A stretch of 64,000 nt of DNA from a virus. Shown piece after piece: positions 62,501 through 64,000 of this stretch. The notes under the pieces were generated by a model. The model searched no databases and was not told the origin of the DNA. It saw only the letters and a program-made list of their open reading frames with translations. The translations under genes were made by a program, and so were the position numbers. The stretch's first letter is position 1, and each line of letters begins with the position of its first letter. The stretch covers positions 32,001 to 96,000 of IMG/VR virus record IMGVR_UViG_3300042862_000198; one strand, 5' to 3'.

Positions 62501-62635
62501 ATAGTTGAATCTACAGACTTAGTAGATACTTTTGTACAAAATAAGACTGGTAGAATTGATCAAATTGAAGAGACAGCTTCAAATAAATCTCTTGAAGAAT
62601 TAGATGAAGAATTAATGGATGACTTAGAATGTTAA
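56576..62635 (+). CDS. Giant putative cargo protein (virion RNAP-associated gene block)
   Basis: 2019 aa with Gly/Ala hydrophobic segments, EG.QE..Q motif, coiled coils and a degenerate nuclease-like segment. Confidence 0.6.
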   Translation: MAINDEVFNSLDPLGPEYGKINAPIIDSKGLSPFEGDGIELPKINFPDQGEQFFPIRPNINNLESPQKNVRQSIVGVPQNKPGLNKSANYNDIKAAVKQNLKASIQAKQDKNTYAKIYSYDAGPDGNAFYKRYQAYGQEKFDEIGFSPIRDNESLFNAHTTWWDDHKRMMTNSFWPLFGRGFVAGPKSLGKMLTGDFFGTDLEDAAAYKEAAAIGQSSKKGVASFANNTIMNFGYSAGIMSEAILEEIGGVLLAPETLGGSFVVSTANLLKNTAKAFRGLDMAKDGYKAVNSTLDSINNVQSARKFWEQARNVGKMPLSPIGGTVRAYEAAKTADNLTNLGKAYKTAGGFYRDVVRMNMALSEARLEGGMVENQIYDNLYNQYYAKNDKAPGNALQYDMIKQSKKGALNTVLWNSALIYGSNAIVFPNIMGPKGGIRGYLKSSINEFQTIKGGKFGDFGNIMYNKAGKKIQFEKANFKNMILDYMRKPIHKAALGTLGYFKKNFTEGIQENLQEVISGANEKYYSDTFNSKALGSHEYSKAVSKYNTASQLDYYGKELGNQFTATGFETFASGFAMGTLASPLNFAFKELSIGYNRMFDKETYNTFKEQKLNITKNLIAQLNGIGIQEFLDSKTFNYAVQEGVANIKEQGSKKQANDADLEGIVSQMEYLFNSGTTDIFKEKMRHFSEMTPEEFEEAVPTVPKGEGAKYQAKIPDTLKKLDEVEQDYKNINERYPNPITDDNLPPKGSPEYADAVALSHGWKKAVQNAVYFKQSFKDTMARKAQIMAKYLSQAPLQGMTQRDSEVIFDYDKLRNEAAMLKDEVATLKELKDPESQRQYTIKQRKLEALTKLGEKTVKFSNFFNRYEKAAAIKAELQKQKGDVPVTDEEVEKVMDSVLGEYNDENKIKTFSEHEAAYKDYLRALGEVNGDYLFDQNVDESYELLADHYKLGYEANNLMQYVNLLHDPNAFMETADRNRKWMKELYNKRGEIYEKMIKEQLDLVIDNALLNKLANEGIYISLDDFAQWKKDATPPSEFFDNTRKMIIPEGTTAYDEYYAFFEQASSLKDQSTGTLKESLDQSLSVKLDEIDEQMAEAIDRVPKKEVKTVSTTLKSKNGVNITLAEIFNTLNQEEFAEGVFSEDAEPLVLYKDLEGNLRLGGKEGEIFKNLKATVDFTSVQIYTVSEQSDPQLVAPIEKRYEELKNKTREEYADRLEEITTEEEKPVEDFVPVTNDYESLLDYPALYNSLYKSFNEKILSKLSDQDQVNLTEEEEINLFNRFLKTDKEAKAEIDEFNKKKKLDVTTKETGEKGEFKFMYQGKEKSTEDYKTVVDLRKIQRRFIALINEIDNKENATTEDMTNKSKYKVLVTDFEKLIATRSRKGLTPELRAAIDKINTIKEKQGDIVITEEGITVNGEEYQTANNALGIEEVKSPFKDYVDEQVKNLFDPEGTPMFDETKITQEAYDNLFGDKGYLTKLKQRVDNGELFIVSQGLTVYDTKSKMASTIDLLVADANSNLTIVAVTPDSKSNWDIFNKKDNPKSKIKQAAMLQTANANLLMSMLGTEAKIAVLPIEMSVSTTDDKILSANKPTSPTLLATDFLIALNKTEAQAEIDKLIPVEKVTTTTDTKADIEKQKELENKVKELEEQRKALRSEDGSIPADKMSEFKRLGEEINKAKKAATRGYSDNSMLIKRFSEGADTSVTDPKILSAEDKKEAADIIEQVIQNSKTAEEALKKIQRLGYIFDISVTQNLKKYLDDRFDQNVPKIGNNKDSFQAWIYGKTDAELAALETNVVPADAESSDDVESPAVEAEVKEREVVVIDESVRYKISDFKADLDKVTTKEELNNLLADLSIKNSEQLISYEDLQEMATMVKEKANQLNTPQDIKIVPESLAPGTELVAKNTIFVSGVNVQVDETVVVKSVNASNKTIVVTPLNSTSSVTLTFNTLNQSFTLKDAVMNATEIEEEKVTPEDKIKIVESTDLVDTFVQNKTGRIDQIEETASNKSLEELDEELMDDLEC

Positions 62636-62639
62636 TACT

Positions 62640-64000
62640 ATGAAAGTTACTTGTGCACTTACTCAATCTCAAGTTGAGAAATTATATGCTAATGTTTATG
62701 GTCACATGCTCAACCAAGGGGAAGCATTTGATGCTAAACAATACATGACAGATCTTTTTAATAAGATTGCAAAAAATAAGGATGTAGATACTGCAGCTAA
62801 GTTTTTGCAACAAGTACCATCTTTGATTGGTACTGCTTCATTTAGACCTAGCATAGAAGAGTTTGAGATAAGCACAGACATGCTTAGACCGTTGATTAAA
62901 CAATTTAAGAAAGATGACAATGGTCTTATTAATGCCGTTACTTATTTTAATCCAACTTTAAATCCAGAAGTTAAAAAAGAACTAGTTGAAAAAAAAGCTA
63001 ATGAAGCTTTTGAAATAAAAGAAACTTCTTCAGATTCAATTACTGTTGATCCCTTTAATTATCAACCATATTCAGCATTATCTACTACATTCCAAGAATT
63101 TATTTCTAAAGATCCTAATAAAGATATTGAAACAGAAACCTTAGATCAAGGTAGAAGAACTATCTATACTACATTAAGTGCTATTAGAGAGAATGCAAAT
63201 AACAATACTCCATTAAAAGAACTTATTTATCAAGACACAGTATTAAAGTTAAAGCCTATTAAGCTTTCTGATATAAATCCTGAGTTATTAGATAAGACTA
63301 CATTAAGATTACTCAACCGTGCTGGATTTTTACTTGGTGCTAGAAAGGCTCAAGCAAATGTAACTACACCAGATAAGATATTCTTAATGGTTATTACAGA
63401 TAATGTTGAGACTGGAAATCCATTATTCTTTGATGAGAAAGGAAATATTACTACTAAAGAACTGGGGGGCACAATAGTGTTTCAGTTTTTAAGAGAAGTA
63501 AGAAAAGAAGGTTCTAATTATAGAGTAACAGATATCTATGGTAAAAGTGATCAGATTATTGATCCGGCAATTGTAGCACAAAAAGCTGGTATTTCTTTTG
63601 AAGAAGCAGAAGCTAGACAGCAAAAGGAATTTGAAGAGCTCTATAACTTTAGACAAAAACTAATTAAAGATAACACAGCTCCTTTAATTGATATTGTTGG
63701 AGTTAGTACAGGAGTTGGTAGTAATAAACCTCAGTCATTAAATCTTTCTAATGTAACACTTATTCTAGAAGATAATGATGATGCTATTAGATCTCTTGAT
63801 CTTGTAAAGTCACCAAGAGCTGGCTTAATAGAAGGTCAAGGTATAATTACTATTAAAGGTGAAGAAATTAAAGTAGATAGACCAAACCTTACTGAAGATA
63901 TTGCTAGAAAGATTGCTGCAGTATTGACTAATAAGAAGATGACTAATAAGGAGAAGTATTTATTTGTAACTCAATTCTTGGCAGATAATGTTTCTCCTGC
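62640..64000 (+). CDS. N-terminus of another giant protein (3'-truncated; possibly the virion RNA polymerase-containing protein)
   Basis: ATG at 62640 (MKVTCALTQSQVEKLYANVYG...) appears open to the window end. No RNAP catalytic motif is visible in this part, so the call is positional. Confidence 0.55.
   Translation, partial: MKVTCALTQSQVEKLYANVYGHMLNQGEAFDAKQYMTDLFNKIAKNKDVDTAAKFLQQVPSLIGTASFRPSIEEFEISTDMLRPLIKQFKKDDNGLINAVTYFNPTLNPEVKKELVEKKANEAFEIKETSSDSITVDPFNYQPYSALSTTFQEFISKDPNKDIETETLDQGRRTIYTTLSAIRENANNNTPLKELIYQDTVLKLKPIKLSDINPELLDKTTLRLLNRAGFLLGARKAQANVTTPDKIFLMVITDNVETGNPLFFDEKGNITTKELGGTIVFQFLREVRKEGSNYRVTDIYGKSDQIIDPAIVAQKAGISFEEAEARQQKEFEELYNFRQKLIKDNTAPLIDIVGVSTGVGSNKPQSLNLSNVTLILEDNDDAIRSLDLVKSPRAGLIEGQGIITIKGEEIKVDRPNLTEDIARKIAAVLTNKKMTNKEKYLFVTQFLADNVSP

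Noticed and set aside
2401-62920. Minus-strand and nested short ORFs in the ORF track
   Set aside because: They lie within or opposite long + strand genes, have no recognisable motifs and look like shadow ORFs.
1-64000. Stop-codon reassignment (TAG or TGA), known in some crAss-like phages
   Set aside because: Long genes are intact under code 11. TAG (18217, 23374, 24198, 25355) and TGA (8369, 8833, 11915, 12745, 39330) end genes at sensible boundaries.

Overview
AT-rich segment of a large crAss-like (Crassvirales-related) tailed phage, probably infecting a Bacteroidota host. Essentially all real genes are on the + strand and use the standard code 11. Gene order: tail-fibre/LRR adhesins and a glycan-modifying fusion enzyme (1-7862); lysis cassette with u-spanin, holin and YkuD-like putative endolysin (7881-10029); HU-like, Zn-finger and PD-(D/E)xK nuclease genes; the crAss head module with terminase, portal, scaffold-like protein and major capsid protein (12742-22321); small Lys-rich proteins; ring, Dps-like and auxiliary structural genes; very Cys-rich fibre/surface proteins, one with a serine protease domain (28004-38584); IHF-like, ring and muzzle genes (38749-46590); and large putative ejected cargo proteins running off the window end. 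All product calls come from motif recognition and synteny, not database searches. Best leads: (1) a ~65-nt intergenic hairpin RNA candidate at ~38625-38692, with its own promoter-like element and terminator, whose loop is antisense to an AACCAACAAA motif just upstream of start codons flanking the capsid gene; (2) a recurrent xxxGG di-glycine motif dividing cargo and small basic proteins into modules, suggesting a polyprotein processing or packaging-tag system.
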